From Yuukianura sp. NJ FZ-2021 (Eukaryota): 64,000 nt of DNA. Below are positions 28,772 to 41,844 of the stretch, one piece after another. The translations under genes were made by a program, and so were the position numbers. The stretch is taken from assembly GCA_046563655.1 (NCBI GenBank), contig CM102284.1:310001-374000 (forward strand), given 5' to 3'. Each line of letters starts with the position of its first letter. Position 1 is the stretch's first letter. Below the pieces are notes generated by a model. That model was not told where the DNA came from, did no database searches, and was given only the letters and a program-made list of their open reading frames with translations.

Positions 28772-30192
28772 CGTGTTCGTAACGTATCGTCAACGTTCCA
28801 GCTGAGAATCCCGCGTTGATGCAGTCTCGTCTCTCTTTTCTGTTAAAAAAAAAACAATCAATTAGTAATCGGTCATTGCTCTCTTGGAAAATAAGAATAA
28901 TAAACATTACTTCGCAGAAATAAGGTCCTTCATACCACAATTCAGCAATAACAACCATATGCTAGCTGCTAGCTCAGTTACTCCGTTGACACTTTTCGCA
29001 AGCAATCAAAATGTGATTACTAATTAGCAATTAGCAATCACTTTTTGGTTAGCAAATAGCAACCAAATACCCTAATATGGTCCTCATTACAAAAAAAAAG
29101 TTGGTAGTAAGCAATTAATCCACACAAGTTAAACATTAATTTAACACTTCCATGGCTCTAGCAATCATCTTTTAAGAATCATAGTTACTCCCTCCATTTT
29201 TTCAGACTTCTTTTTATGAACCCCTCCCCGTCCCCAAAGAAACTCATCGCTGGTGATTGCTGAGTCTCATGAAAAAAGGTCATGACCTTAACAGTTGGCC
29301 AGTTGCGAGCATGATTAGTTCCCTCTCTCTGTTATGATTAGTTAATTGAGTTAAGTTAATTACTTTAGGTTAGACTGTAAATAAGCTCCCAGATGATTGT
29401 ATTGTTTACCTACCTCCTGTGGTCCAGTCTGCTGCCTGGGTGGATCCAACCCGTGACCTTTTGTGTTGTGCTTTCTTAGGTGAGTGTATTTTGACCAGCA
29501 GGAGGAAAGAGAGGGAGAGGTCACGTAAGGTGGAGTTGGAGGTGACCCAGATGAGATGTAAACAATGTATCCAACTAACAGAAGAACAAAAGAAGAACTG
29601 AGAGTTTAGCACAGCATTTGGATGGCTGTCTCCCTTTGAAGTGGACTTTCCCTTGTCCCATCTTGTTCCTACGCAATGAGCTACGCAACTCCTCACTTAC
29701 GTTACCACAACTTGATACGGTCGTCCCCTCGTCATGCTGGGGGGTTAGGCAGTGAGGGGGACCAAGGTCAACAACCTCTCCCTCAATCAGCTGATCACAA
29801 GGACACAACAATCCTTCCGCATCCATCATCTTCTCTCTAAAACTTAGTCAAAAGTTGCTAAACTAAAATTTACTAAAGGGAAACTTACTAAACAGCTAAC
29901 TAAATTATTAGACAGAATTCCGTCTCCAAAAATTAATCAATTGACTGACCTTTATTTCCTGCACAAGGTCAAACGGAGTAGCCGACTAAATGTGAAAATT
30001 AAAATGCGTGTAAAAAGTAAATATTTGTAAGCGGAATTACACAAAATCATTAGGTAAACGTTAATTAGTCTTACCTTAATTAGTTAAAGCATAACCTGTA
30101 TGTTAAGTACTAAGGCAACTTGATTAATTGAGTCAAGTACCGTAGGAATTTCATTTTTTGCGTGACCTCATGACCTCCTTGTGACAGTGACC

Positions 30193-33100
30193 TCAAGGGA
30201 CCAAGCTAACGTCGAACTGACTTGTACTTTGGAAGTTCAGGAAAAACGGACCTTTGCAGCCCGGCGTAAACGTTGACGGAACGATATTGTAAATTCCCGC
30301 CGGAATCAGCCCAAGGTCAAGCACAACAAACCCAGGTCTAAAAAACATCAAAAAAAATTCAAAAAACTCAAAATTTTGAACTTTTTTTTTAAAAGCTTTG
30401 GAAATACCTGTAAGCACCAGAAGACTTTTTGAAAAAGGCTCCACTTGCAGGTTGCTGGTCAGACACATTGGCATTGGCACAGATCACATCGAACCCTACG
30501 TTGTATTCTTTGGGGCCCTTAAGGTCCACGACCAGCTTCCCATCGTGTTTGAGCTCCAACCGGTAAATGGGATTGTTCATTGTTGTCATAGGGTAGTTGG
30601 CACACCCTCCGGCAGTCTTTTCCGTCCACTCCCCAACTACTCTCTTGCGATACTTGCAAGTATTCAGTATTTCGCCCATCTTGAATGGACAAGAGGCATA
30701 CACTCTCAGAGTGTAGTGGATCGTCGTCGTCTTTTCGTACTGAGAAATCACCAAAGTGTATCGCTTTGTGCCAATTCCTTTCGGAGTTACTAATTTGCAT
30801 AAATAGTGAGGTGAGTTGATCCTCACTCCATCGATAAACGGTGCTGGATCGTCTGGAGTCAAAAAGACAAAGTTTTTAAAAAGTTTCGATTTTTGTGTGA
30901 AATTTTGAGTTTTAAACTTACTTGGATAGTAAACTTTTTTGCCGTCGTTGTCATAGACCAAGACAGTAATGTACTCTCGGTTGTCCCGGAAGTCAATGAT
31001 GTCTGTGATGTGACGAGTGAGCAGAATCCAGACAGCGGCTTCCGTTCCTCCAGAATTTGTCTCCAGAGAGTACTGCGGATTCTCTCCAATCGAGTACACA
31101 TCCTTGATTGGTCCAGTTCCATGTGACCAAGTCCTATTACAAAAAAAAAAGTCAATCAGTTTTGTTTTCGAAATTTTTTTTTTTTGACTTTTCGAAAAAA
31201 AAATTGAAATTGCTACCGATGGACGCAGTATGTGTACTGGAACAGATCTGGATTCCAGTTCATGTAGAACACATCAAAGAACTTGCAAATTGATTCGTAG
31301 TCTATCCAGAACACTCCGTTGTCAAACATCTGAGCATCGTTTGGATTGTAGTTGAGCAGTCGCTTCATTTCGTCCGTCCAGTGCACTGCGTCTATCTCTG
31401 AGTAGTTTCCTCTCCAGCGTAGATGTGACCATGGATTCTTCACAAGTAAAAGTTTGACCCCTTTGACCTCTTGTATATCCAGAACTGCATAAGCATGCGT
31501 CGGAACCAGACCAGCTCTGTCTGCCGTCCGGTCGTCCATTTCTCCCGTCGCGACTGTCACCAGCACGTGACCTTCGTTTAATTTATTCATAAGCATGTAA
31601 AACGTTTTCTCCCGGGCAGTATCGCTTGAGATCGAACGCCGTTCCGGAATCCACCCAGTCAGAGCATGCAAGTCAATATTCTCCAAAAAAAAAAAAAAAT
31701 CAAAACAAGTTTTTCAAAATTTCGAAAAAATACTTTTTGGAACGTCAAATGAACGTTTAACGTTTCCTGAAATTTTTCATAATAATTAGCTTATCCTTAC
31801 AGAATTGCTTCCTGGAAAATCATATCCTCCCATGACCTAAAAACAAAAACGTTTTTGAGACGATAATTCAAATTTTTGGCAGCGGGAATTTTCAAATGTA
31901 TGGTGATATTGTTCGTCAGAGAAAATGTTCTGAGCGGGAATTTCAAAATTTTCAAATTTTGAACGTTACCTTCATGTAAGCCTTTTCCAGTAGCGACACC
32001 CACAACTCTCCCTTGTTATTGGAGTATGAGCAGAGTAACTGGTTGTTTGGTCCAGTGGGCAGCATGTCATCGATCACAACCTTCCTCCTCACCCCGTTCA
32101 ACAGCAATTGGACCATGTACTTCCCAGAAGGATTCACAATTGGCTCTCCGTACTTATTTTGAGGATAAATGATTGTTCTAATTAGTTTCTTCTTGAATCT
32201 CTTCTCATAGTTGGCCGAAATCGCAAGTGAAGCAATCATAGAACAGTCGGAGACTAAAGTCTGCTTGATACTGAAACTATCAATGACCTTGATGATCTGG
32301 GGGTCAGAGTGCAGTTCATGCGGTCGTGACCAGCGACGGAACTGCTGCCGTTGCTTTGGTGACAGGCTGAGGAGGCCATCAGGATCTTCGAAGTTCGTCA
32401 AATAAGTGAATCTCTCCTTGAGATCAATTGTGAGGAACGGCATGTACGAAATTCCGTTAATCTCTGACGTTTTTAACAAAACTTGCTTTTCTTCATCGGA
32501 GTAAAAGCTTCCTCCTCCTCCTCCTCCTGCTCCTCCAGGGAGGATGGACGGGGTCGGAGGGGCAATGGGTTGGGAGGAAGCCGCCTTTCGCTGATTGACG
32601 AAACTCCGATCTTGGGATTTCGGATCGCCCCGAGTTTCTATCACTGGAGTTTCTGTATTAAACTGAACGCCTTTGAGTAACTCGGCTCTTTCCAGAGCTT
32701 GTTTAGCCAATTTCGTTAGGTTTTGAACAATTTCTTCCGCAATTCCTTTCTGCATCCTCTGAAATTAATCGTTTAATCATAATCATAATTGTCAATTAGT
32801 GAACAAGAATTTTAATGACGTTTGAGCGATTGAATTCTTACAGTTTCTAAGCAAAACTCGACAGCTGTTGTGTAGAGTTTGATGGCATCTTCCTTACAAC
32901 CGTTTTCATCTGCAGCTAAGGCCTCATTTATCATGAACTTTGTCTTGTCAATGGCAATTTCTCCTGCGGACTTCTTCACTGTCTTGTCCGATTGCTCCTG
33001 AGCTTGACTTTCCACAACTGAAAGTAAAAAGTGCAATATGAATGTCTAAAAACGAAATCAGACTTTATGTCGGTCATAAGTCATAACGTATCCGACTGCT

Positions 33101-33383
33101 GACATGACGAACCTGTCATAAGTTGCTGGATTCTGTCCAGGTATTCTTGAGACTTGGTTTGACATTGATCAGTAATCTGATCCTCTGTGTCACTTTCTTG
33201 GATTGCTCGTTGAAGTAAATGATGTGCTTCATAGTAAAAGTAAACTGCAGCGGGGAAATTCTGTTGTCGTTCAAACCCAATTGCTCTTTCTGCAACTTCG
33301 ATTGCACTCCGGACAAAGTCCATTCTGCTCTCGTGATCTTCTTCACCTTGACCTAGCTGACCTTCATCTCCAGACGTTGACAT
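30193..33383 (-). CDS. CAPN7: Calpain-7 (PalB-type; two MIT domains, CysPc, calpain III domains)
   Basis: MIT helices (AAVYFYYEA; ALAADENG..DAIKLY); catalytic triad QTLVSDCS / LVPTHAY / VKNPW; DGVRINSPHYL; TAGGCANYP; YNIVPSTF. Confidence 0.96.
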
Positions 33384-34415
33384 TCCAGAAATATTCAGTG
33401 ACTTTTGTTCAGCCTGCTGTGCTGTAAGATTTGCTCTTAATGTTCCAGTTACTAGCAAAGTAACTCTCTTCAATCAAATTCAAGTTAATTAATTCAGTAT
33501 TAATCACAGAAATAACTTAATTAACTAAAATAATTTGTCACTTCCGGTGACTCACCTTTATGTCAACAGCTCTACCATATGATCAGTCACCTCATTTTTT
33601 GTTTACCATTTCAAACGGCACCATGCGCGCTATTGATTTTTTGTAGCATTTTCTCACTTCCAAGGCCGTTTTAGCAGTACTCCTAAACCTCGGAATTATC
33701 GCAGAGCTAAATGGCGTACATTGTTGAGGTAAGGAATACGCTATCATTGTATCCGCATGGTATGACATTACCGCTTGTAGTTATCCACGGTGGCTATGCT
33801 ACAAGTGGCAACTTATGTAGCCACTTTAAGCTAAACTACTATTTAGCAATATCATTTAGCAATTTATGCAACAATTAATAACCGTATGAACAGAAGCGGT
33901 GAGCGAACGACGACGAAACGAAAAAATAACTGTTTTGGGTTATCCGGGGATTAGTGGGCCTGTCCAGAGATTTCTGTTTTTTGTGGATTTCCTGAGATTA
34001 GGGGACCCGTTTTTCCTGGAATCTTAGTTTTTACTACTCCGACTCATTCTCCCTCTTCTTTAGACTTTTTTGTCTTTCTTGATGTTAATTTGTCACACTT
34101 TAGCATTTAGCTTGTTTAGTGCCACTTTGTTTGCTCGTGACGAGGAGACGACTGAAGAAGAAACACCTTGCACGTCCTTGAACACGGTCAGTCACCTCTA
34201 AAGACGTAATGTTTTCATCTTTCATGTCATCTTTTATCTTGCAGATCCTCTGTACCACCTTAACTATTGTTGTGGAGGACTTGAGTCATCGCCACCTCAC
34301 ACGTTTTCCATTCAATGTCAACGAACTCATCTTGTCAAGATCATTCCGCAATTGACATTCGACAGACAAACATCAAGCAACAAAACAATCTCAAGATTTA
34401 GAATAAGAAATCGTT

Positions 34416-36403
34416 ATGGAAGAAGCTCATCGCAACATTATTCAACGGAATCACGTCAAACTCAGTCAGACTGTGGATCTAGATCTACTCTACCCTGTTT
34501 TGTTATCGAAGGAAGTCGTATTCTATGGAGAAATTGAGAAAATTAAGGTAACTCACTAAAAAATGGATTATTAATTGACTTAATTTGATTAACTTTAACA
34601 GTGTTAACTTATTGGTTCCAGGCCAAGTATCATGGAAAGGAAAGCGTAGCCCAGGAGTTTTTTCTGCTTTACACGAAACGAGGACCGAAGGCTTTCCAGA
34701 CTTTGATTGACAGTCTGCTGGAAACTGGGCATATCAGTGAGGCCAAACTGCTGGAAGAAAGGTCAAGGTCACCTGACTTTCCTTACGATGGGAACTGTGC
34801 CAGCAGGCGCAGTAGTAGTGGCGTTGAGCCATTTCCGATGACACCTTCTCCGAAACACATGACTTATGGCAGAAGGTGCGATTTTTTTTAGTTAAGTTGA
34901 AATTCTAAGTTAATCAGCTGAGGATTTAATTGTGTTGTTTTGGATTTCAGTCGGAGCAATCCACCGTCTGAGAATGCATCTCCAAAGTTGTCCGTGCGGT
35001 ACGAGGCTGAAGTGACCATGGAGGACTTGCCACCGTTGACTCTGCAAGTTGAAGAAGCTAAGCTCTACAACAACGGGGTTAGCATGGACGAGGTAATTGA
35101 ATAATTGACTAATTGTTAGTACAGAAAAACCTCTCAATCAGAAACTCGCTCTGATTGGTTGGTTGGCTTAAAAGCTTCTCGCACCTACCGTAAACTTTTC
35201 CAGTACATTGAAACTATTGGATGTGCAGTGGATAATATATTTCATCCGGTTTTATCCAGAAGAAATGGATGGATAAAATGGATAGTACTGGATACTTCCA
35301 CCTAATTTGATGTAGGTGTAAAAATATTTTTTCCATTCGACAGAACTGAGAGTTTTACAGTTCATGTGTAATTTCATACCTAACAGTCATGTGATTACCA
35401 AAAATAAGTTTCATGAGACATTTCACTGTAACTCTTTTTGTTGTATTCAGTGTTACCAAATGATGTCTCGTCCCAGAGGTTTTGCACTGGTCATCAACAA
35501 CATTGAATTCGACGGCGATCCAGATGCCACTCGGCACGGTGCCGAACAGGATTCGGAAAACTTGGCCACAATTCTGGAGCTGCTCCACTTCCAAGTCACA
35601 GTTCGTCACAATGTTCACAAAACCGCACTACTCAAGGCCGGAGGAATCCTGGACACTTTTTTGGCCCAGTTTTTAACAAAAGACGTTGACTGTTGTATTG
35701 TGGCTGTCATGAGTCACGGAGAAGAAGGCTACTTTTTGACTTCCAACGCCGAACATCACCTCGATCCGCATGCAAATCGCGTTTCTCTCAACCGTGAATT
35801 TCTACCGCGATTCAACAACCATTATCCGGCGCTCCAAAAGAAACCCAAAATCTTTTTCATTCAAGCATGTCGTGGGGACCAGCGAGATCGTGGAGTGAGA
35901 CGGACAGCCGTGGATTCGAGAGATCCCGAAAAATCGGACTCGGGAAGCGAAAGCAGCCCGAGTCTCAGTATCAAAAGCAGATCGTCCAGTTCGTCTGACT
36001 CGGAACGCCGCATACCGTCTTTTGAAGACTTTCTGGTTTGCCAGAGTACCGTTCCGGGATTTGTGGCGAACCGGGACACGCAACGCGGAACTTGGTACAT
36101 CTATTCACTCTGTCGCGAATTGGCCGCTGGAGCTCACGACACCGAAATCACGAAGATTCTGCAACGAGTAAGTTTTCAATATTTCGTAATTGCTACGAAT
36201 GAATTGCTACGAAGCAAATTACTCCGACAGATTATTTGCTGCGAAGATGAAAAATCAATGATCAACTAATTTCGGTTGTTTTAAAGGTTGGACGATGCAT
36301 GCGCTGCTTGAGTTCAGAGTACGGTGAGAAGCAAATGTCGTCGTTTGTGAACACTGGATTCCACTTCGATCTGTACTTCAACCCTGGACTGTTTGGATCA
36401 TAA
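34416..36403 (+). CDS. CARD-containing initiator caspase (Dronc/caspase-2/9-like), 5 coding exons
   Basis: MEEAHRNIIQRNHVKL...KRGPKAFQTLIDSLLETGH (CARD); PRGFALVINN, VMSHG, PKIFFIQACRG, GTWYI; ends LYFNPGLFGS* at 36403. Confidence 0.93.
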
Positions 36404-36407
36404 GTTA

Positions 36408-36629
36408 CAGTAGACCCTCTCAAATTGCAACTCGCTCTGATTGGTTGATTTTAGTTGTGTGTTTGACGCCTAAAACTTTCGGATGATACGGCAGTAGTGA
36501 TTTGCATGTGCAATTGGATTATCGCGAAGGGTCAACTGATTTGTTAAACGTTGAGTTCCCTCCAGTAACTCCAAGTCTTAAGGAATACTACTGCCTAGAG
36601 AAAGTGTTGCAATTTGAGAGAGACTGCTG
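36408..36629. mobile_element. Tc1/mariner-type MITE (~222 bp) immediately after the caspase stop codon
   Basis: TIRs CAGTAGACCCTCTCAAATTGCAAC / GTTGCAATTTGAGAGAGACTGCTG (3 mismatches in 24), with TA on both flanks. Confidence 0.8.
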
Positions 36630-37495
36630 TACTTGTGATTGATGCTGACGTTGTTGCAGCGGATACGTGCGATCCCATTTAAATATTGTCACAACTTTCA
36701 ACTTTGTCGAAAGTGAAATTTGTCGAAAGTCGACTTTTGTTAGGGTAATTCAGAATCTCATAATTTATTTATTATAATTCTTGTCATCAGATGACTCACT
36801 CACTTGTTATTAGAAAACGATGAGAAGTGAATAAAATTTGATCGCTTTTGAACAGTCGCTTGTGTCAATTTAATGCCGATCTCATGCAGTCATCGGCAGT
36901 TTAACTCTGTGGATGTGAATCAGCTGACTTTCCTTTTCGTACTCACCAAAAACGCAGAAAAAAAAATTTAGTCAGCAAAAAGACGAAGAAGAGGCAAAAA
37001 CTACACGCGATTAACAAGAACAACACGACAACACAAAGGAAAGATTTAAGCAAAGTCAGAGTGACGACGACCAAGGTCAGTCGTCGTCAAGATTTAAATT
37101 TTGGTCCTGGTTGCACGTTCATGGTCTGTCTGACCTTGGCCACTTGTCCCAACAACGTTTTAATTTCGTTTTGTCCTAATTTATGCAGTTCCAGTAGCAG
37201 TTAGTGAGGTAAGTTTCTTGGTTTTTACTAAATCTAAGTCATTGTAGTCGTAATCGGAGTACATTGTACTAAGCGTAAAAGTTCAGAAAGTAGTAAAAGG
37301 TCAGAGGTCATTCCGTAACCGTTTCAGTTTTGGTCGATTTTGTTACTTTGTGAACTAATTGACTCAGTTTTTGAATGATACGATTAGTGTTGGCCTACTT
37401 ATAAATTAAAAAGTGACTTTAATTAAAGTTAGACGTTTGTTAATTTTAGATTACCGAGAGGAGACGGAGCTGCATGGATTTGGGACGGACGAATA

Positions 37496-38398
37496 ATGGA
37501 AGGACGAGATTTTGACGACGTGGACGTTTCTGTAGGCAGTGGACGGATTCCCGTCTTTTGTTTTCCAGCTTCTCTAGTTTTTAGGTAAGTTGATTAACTA
37601 AAATTTAATTAATCAACAAAAATCAACCAATTAACTAATTGACGATGACGATATAACGTTGGACTTTTTTCTTTGTTTCAGTGGCAATGACCGAGATCAG
37701 TTGAAACAGATTTTGACAATTTACAATCCATATGACTTTCCTATCCGATTTAGAGGTAAACGTTTTCAAAACGTTATCAAAATTTTCAAAAACGTTTGAA
37801 TTCGAACTACATTGGTGATTATTTTCGGATACTTGCAGTATTATCTACTACACCAGATCACTACAACGTTCTGAGTCCAGAAGGTTCCATCAACTCTAAA
37901 AACTGCGTAGATTTGATCATCCGATTGACTGCGGACGTGCCGTCATCGTCCGTCGTTCCACTCGAAAGCAAGTTCCGAGTCCAAGTTTTCCACCAAGCAT
38001 CGAAGCAACCGCTCGGACGGAAGGACGTCCCGTCCACCATCACTTTCCTCCCGGAATCCCGGCACCACCACTCGCACTCTCTGGATTCACTGGACACGGA
38101 CTTCCATAATGTCATGGAAGGACCATCCAGTAGCACTGGACAGAGATTGTCCCGTCGTCATCGGCCTGACACTGCTGCTTCAGCTCAGGAATACTCTGGA
38201 AATGCTGCTCAACCACCCAACAACATCAACTACGTCGCAATCATCACTGGGATTGTGTGCATCATTGGACTTTTACTGCCTCTGGACAAGGAGGAACCCT
38301 CTTCCGTTGTACCCACCTACCTCCACCTCAGTGTCAACCAGAAACTACTCGTCGCCTACACTTTGGGGCTCGTGACAATGGCCCTCTTTCGTCCTTGA
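37496..38398 (+). CDS. MOSPD1: Motile sperm domain-containing protein 1/3-like, 3 coding exons
   Basis: IPVFCFPASLVF, KQILTIYNPYDFPIRFRVLSTTP, CVDLIIR, KFRVQV; C-terminal transmembrane segments and YLHLSVNQKLLVAYTLGLVTM. Confidence 0.92.
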
Positions 38399-38809
38399 CC
38401 CCTGTCACTTCCCCTGGCAGCTCTTAGGCTCCATCTCATCCTTTCAATTCTTTAAATTGTTAGTACTTTAGATCGAAATCGCACTCCGAGAATTAAATAT
38501 TCACGTTTTGTATCATTCGCTACACACGGATGTTCCTGGATGCTTTGTTTTACTCAATTATAGTTGGATTTCAGTTGAATTACGAAAAATTCAACTTAAC
38601 TCTAAAAGTTAGATTTCAGTTGAATTTTTCACAATCCTATCACTCTAAAAGTTACAATTTCAGTTGAATTTTGCTGTGAAAATTAATAATTAACATAATT
38701 AATTTCCACATTAATTATGAAGTGACGACAAGAATAATTAATCACATTTTTGAAAAATTTCATTAAAAAATGATGGTTCAACGTTATTAGACTTTTGAAA
38801 AAAGAAATC

Positions 38810-39002
38810 GTCTACTTGGGAGAAAAAAACTAGAGCTTGTTAGACTCGTGACCTAGTTGAAGCTTCAACAGTTTCTTGAGAATTCTTAAGAAAAAACCCC
38901 TATTGTTAGCACTACACTAAAATTCTAAAACCTCTTTTAAACTTTCAGTTAATAGGTCAGCACTTATTTGGAATTACAAATTTTTAAAGGCAAAAAGTTC
39001 AA
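38810..39002 (+). repeat. Dispersed repeat family (other copies ~41490-41580, ~43285-43435, and inverted ~61830-62020)
   Basis: Shared blocks GGGAGAAAAA..GAG(C/T)TTGTTAGACT..TGAC(C/A)TAGTTGAA and CACTAAAA...TAATAGG(T/C)CA..ACTTA...CAAAAAGTT. Confidence 0.75.
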
Positions 39003-39017
39003 CCTTCTATTTTATTA

Positions 39018-39671
39018 CCCTATTTTCTCGCAGATAAGACGCGTATTATCTGTGAAATTTCGCAGAAATTGGAAGGAAGGAAAATATTTCCGCTGAAAAA
39101 GCTGAAAAACTGACGATTTTTGTTAAAAGTATGTAGGAATTGTCGGCAAATTTGCTAAACTCTAGTTGAAAGCTTTTAAACTAATTTTAGTTAATCAAAT
39201 CGAGCATTTTCGCATGGTTCAGGCTCAGGCAATTCAAATTGGGACGTATTTTCGTGCAAATGACGTTTTGTAAAAATTGTACTTCGCCAATTTTTGCGAA
39301 TGCCTTTGAGTGGAGTCGAAAACAAAATTCAAAAATGCTACGAGTTTGACAACATTTGTTTGAATTTAACGCAAATGTGAATCGACGACATTTCATCAGA
39401 TCAGAATTTCGGAATGACGAAATCTTCCATATAGCGAAGGAGGAGGGATTCGTTTTGGAATTCTGCTGTGAATGCTTTTTGAGTGACTTTTCTCACATTC
39501 TTTGTCTAAAACTTAAACGTCATAGAAATTAACTTCACTGCCTAATTAGGAAGCCTGGTTAAAAAAGTACAATTTTAACTTTAAACCTGACATTTTGGCG
39601 GTATTCAAGATTTTTCAAAAATTCCGGGTGCGTCTTATACGCGAGAGCGGATTATACGCGAGAAAATATGG
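39018..39671. mobile_element. Non-autonomous Tc2/pogo-like DNA element (~654 bp)
   Basis: Ends CCCTATTTTCTCGCAGATAAGACGC and (GCGTCTTATACGCGAGA)GCGGATTATACGCGAGAAAATATGG, TA on both flanks, no transposase ORF. Confidence 0.75.
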
Positions 39672-39830
39672 TATTTCGAGTCACTTTTTTGAGGTCTTCG
39701 TGCTTGGCAGTGATTGGTTGTGGATTGATGTAAGGCTGCTCAAATCCTTATAAAACCCATGAATTTTCAGTAAAGAGTCAAAATCTCCAGAATTTTGAAA
39801 CTTCCAAAATTTTGAAACTTTTATTTCAGA

Positions 39831-40556
39831 ATGCAAACTAAGTTGGTCGTTGTTGTGGTGGGAGTTGTTCTCCTCTTTTTCAGCGTTTGGGGTCAAAGCC
39901 ACAACGCCTCTCCAGAAGTTGGGCTCAGAAGGAGACCACACAAGGTCATATTTAAAAAAAAATTTTTTTTGAAAAATTCAAAACGTTTTCACAATTTCGT
40001 TTTTGTGTAACTATCTTTGGAATTTGTTTAGAGCTGCGTTGGTAATGGAGGGGCGTGTAAGGGACGTTGTTGCCATAGATACTGGTGTGTGCTGGAGGAT
40101 GCTGGAAGTACTGGTGTATGCAGACCCAAGTCGAGGTGTAAAAATAACGAAGACTGCGAAAAACACCGAGCCACTTGCTCATTGCCCGATTTCCCATGTT
40201 GTGCAGGCCTCAATTGTTCTTCGCAGTCCGTGTCTGGCGCCTTGTCCGTCTGCAGAAATCTGGTAAACTGCGTAGGGGTAGGCAAACGTTGCGACGGAGA
40301 ACAGGATTGCTGCTATACCCTTTACTGTATTAGGGATCCAAAGGACCAGTTCACCAAAATTTGTAAGTGGAACTTAACACGTTAAATGAAATGTGAACAT
40401 GGTAAAAACAACATTTCTACAATTCAATTATTATGTATACATTAATTTATTTAATTAGTATATATAAATGCCAATTTATTTTATTATATACATGTCACGA
40501 CTTTTGTAAAGAAAAGTGACCTCCTTTTCTTTTTAGGTGCGAAGGAGCTGCCATGA
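39831..40556 (+). CDS. Secreted cysteine-rich peptide with three tandem ICK/knottin-like units (~154 aa)
   Basis: Exons 39831-39944, 40032-40362, 40537-40556. Signal peptide MQTKLVVVVVGVVLLFFSVWG, basic propeptide end RRRPHK, then three C-C-CC-C-C frameworks. Confidence 0.8.
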
Positions 40557-40702
40557 GCAACACATATCCTCCACCTTTTTGAACAAGAATACGAACGGCA
40601 AATATTCATTCATGTTTTCTTTTTTCCGAAATATTCGGTCCATATTTCAAATTTTGAAAATGTGAATTGAATAAAATTGATACAATTATCTTATGCAGCA
40701 AT

Positions 40703-40952
40703 CAGTGTTGCTGGACGCTGAAACGTCCAGTGGCTTAACTGCCACTTTCACTGGAACAAATGCACCCGAAATGGAGGAAAATATATGAGTGCATGGAAGA
40801 AATCAAAAATTTAGAGCGAAATTAAAAAAAAAAATTCAAAATTAGCATTAAGAAAAGGGCGGGGAAAGCTCTGCCCATTTAGATTCATCCAATTCGTCCA
40901 TTGTTTCCACTGGCCATCCAGCGGATGAAATGTCAAAAAAGTGGATATCCTG
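40703..40952 (+). mobile_element. hAT-like MITE fragment related to 53897-54087
   Basis: Starts CAGTGTTGCTGG and shares the CAAAAAAGTGGATATCC block with the reverse complement of 53897-54087. Confidence 0.5.
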
Positions 40953-41844
40953 ATTTCTAAAAATTGAACCATTGAGTTTTTTGCACTTTGACCTACTTTA
41001 GGAAAAGCCCTGTCATCTACACTTCGTAAAAACTTTGACTTTTGATTCTGCTCAAATTTTGCTTCCCCTCAACTCTGATTGCTTGTCAGTCTAAATTTTG
41101 AGAAGTCTTATCAACTCTGATGCAAGTTGCAAAGGTTTTTGACTTTTAGACAATTCTAGGACAGTACTACTAAATTAGTACTACTAAGTTAATTAGTACT
41201 ACTAAAATAATTAATCATAATTAATGCTGTGCCGAAAACTTTGGAAAAACAATTCCGCTTTGCCAAATTTTTTCCAGGTTGTGAGTCACAACTTGTGACT
41301 CAAAAAATGCTGGGATCATTATAATTGTGATTTCAAAAAACCATTTCAACTTTACTAATACCCCACGATATGCCAATTGATGATTTTTGAAAATGAGGCT
41401 AAAAAAGTTGGAATTGTTTTCTGATGATAATTTTAATGATAATTGGTATTAATTATAGTTAGTAGATTTCATCTAATTCTATTCCAATTACTGTTAGCAC
41501 TAAAACTTCAGGAACTCTTTTAACATTTCTGGTAATAGGTCACCACTTAAAGTTTTAAATTTTTGAAGCCAAAAAGTTCAAAAAAAATATTTTGTTCTTG
41601 TGTCATTTTTTGAATTGTGGCTTCAAGCACCCGTTCGTGCTTAGCACGAACTTAGCGTGGTTGTAGAATCAGGTTAGGCTCCTCATAAAATCCTAAAAAA
41701 ACCGGAAATTTTCAGAAAAGAATCAAAATTTTCAAAATTTTGAGACTTAATTTCAAAATGCCGCCTAAGTTGAGGTTGTTGGTTGGTTCAAACTTAACTA
41801 TTTTTTTATTTCCAGTGGCTGTTTTTTTTTGAATGCTACAAAAT

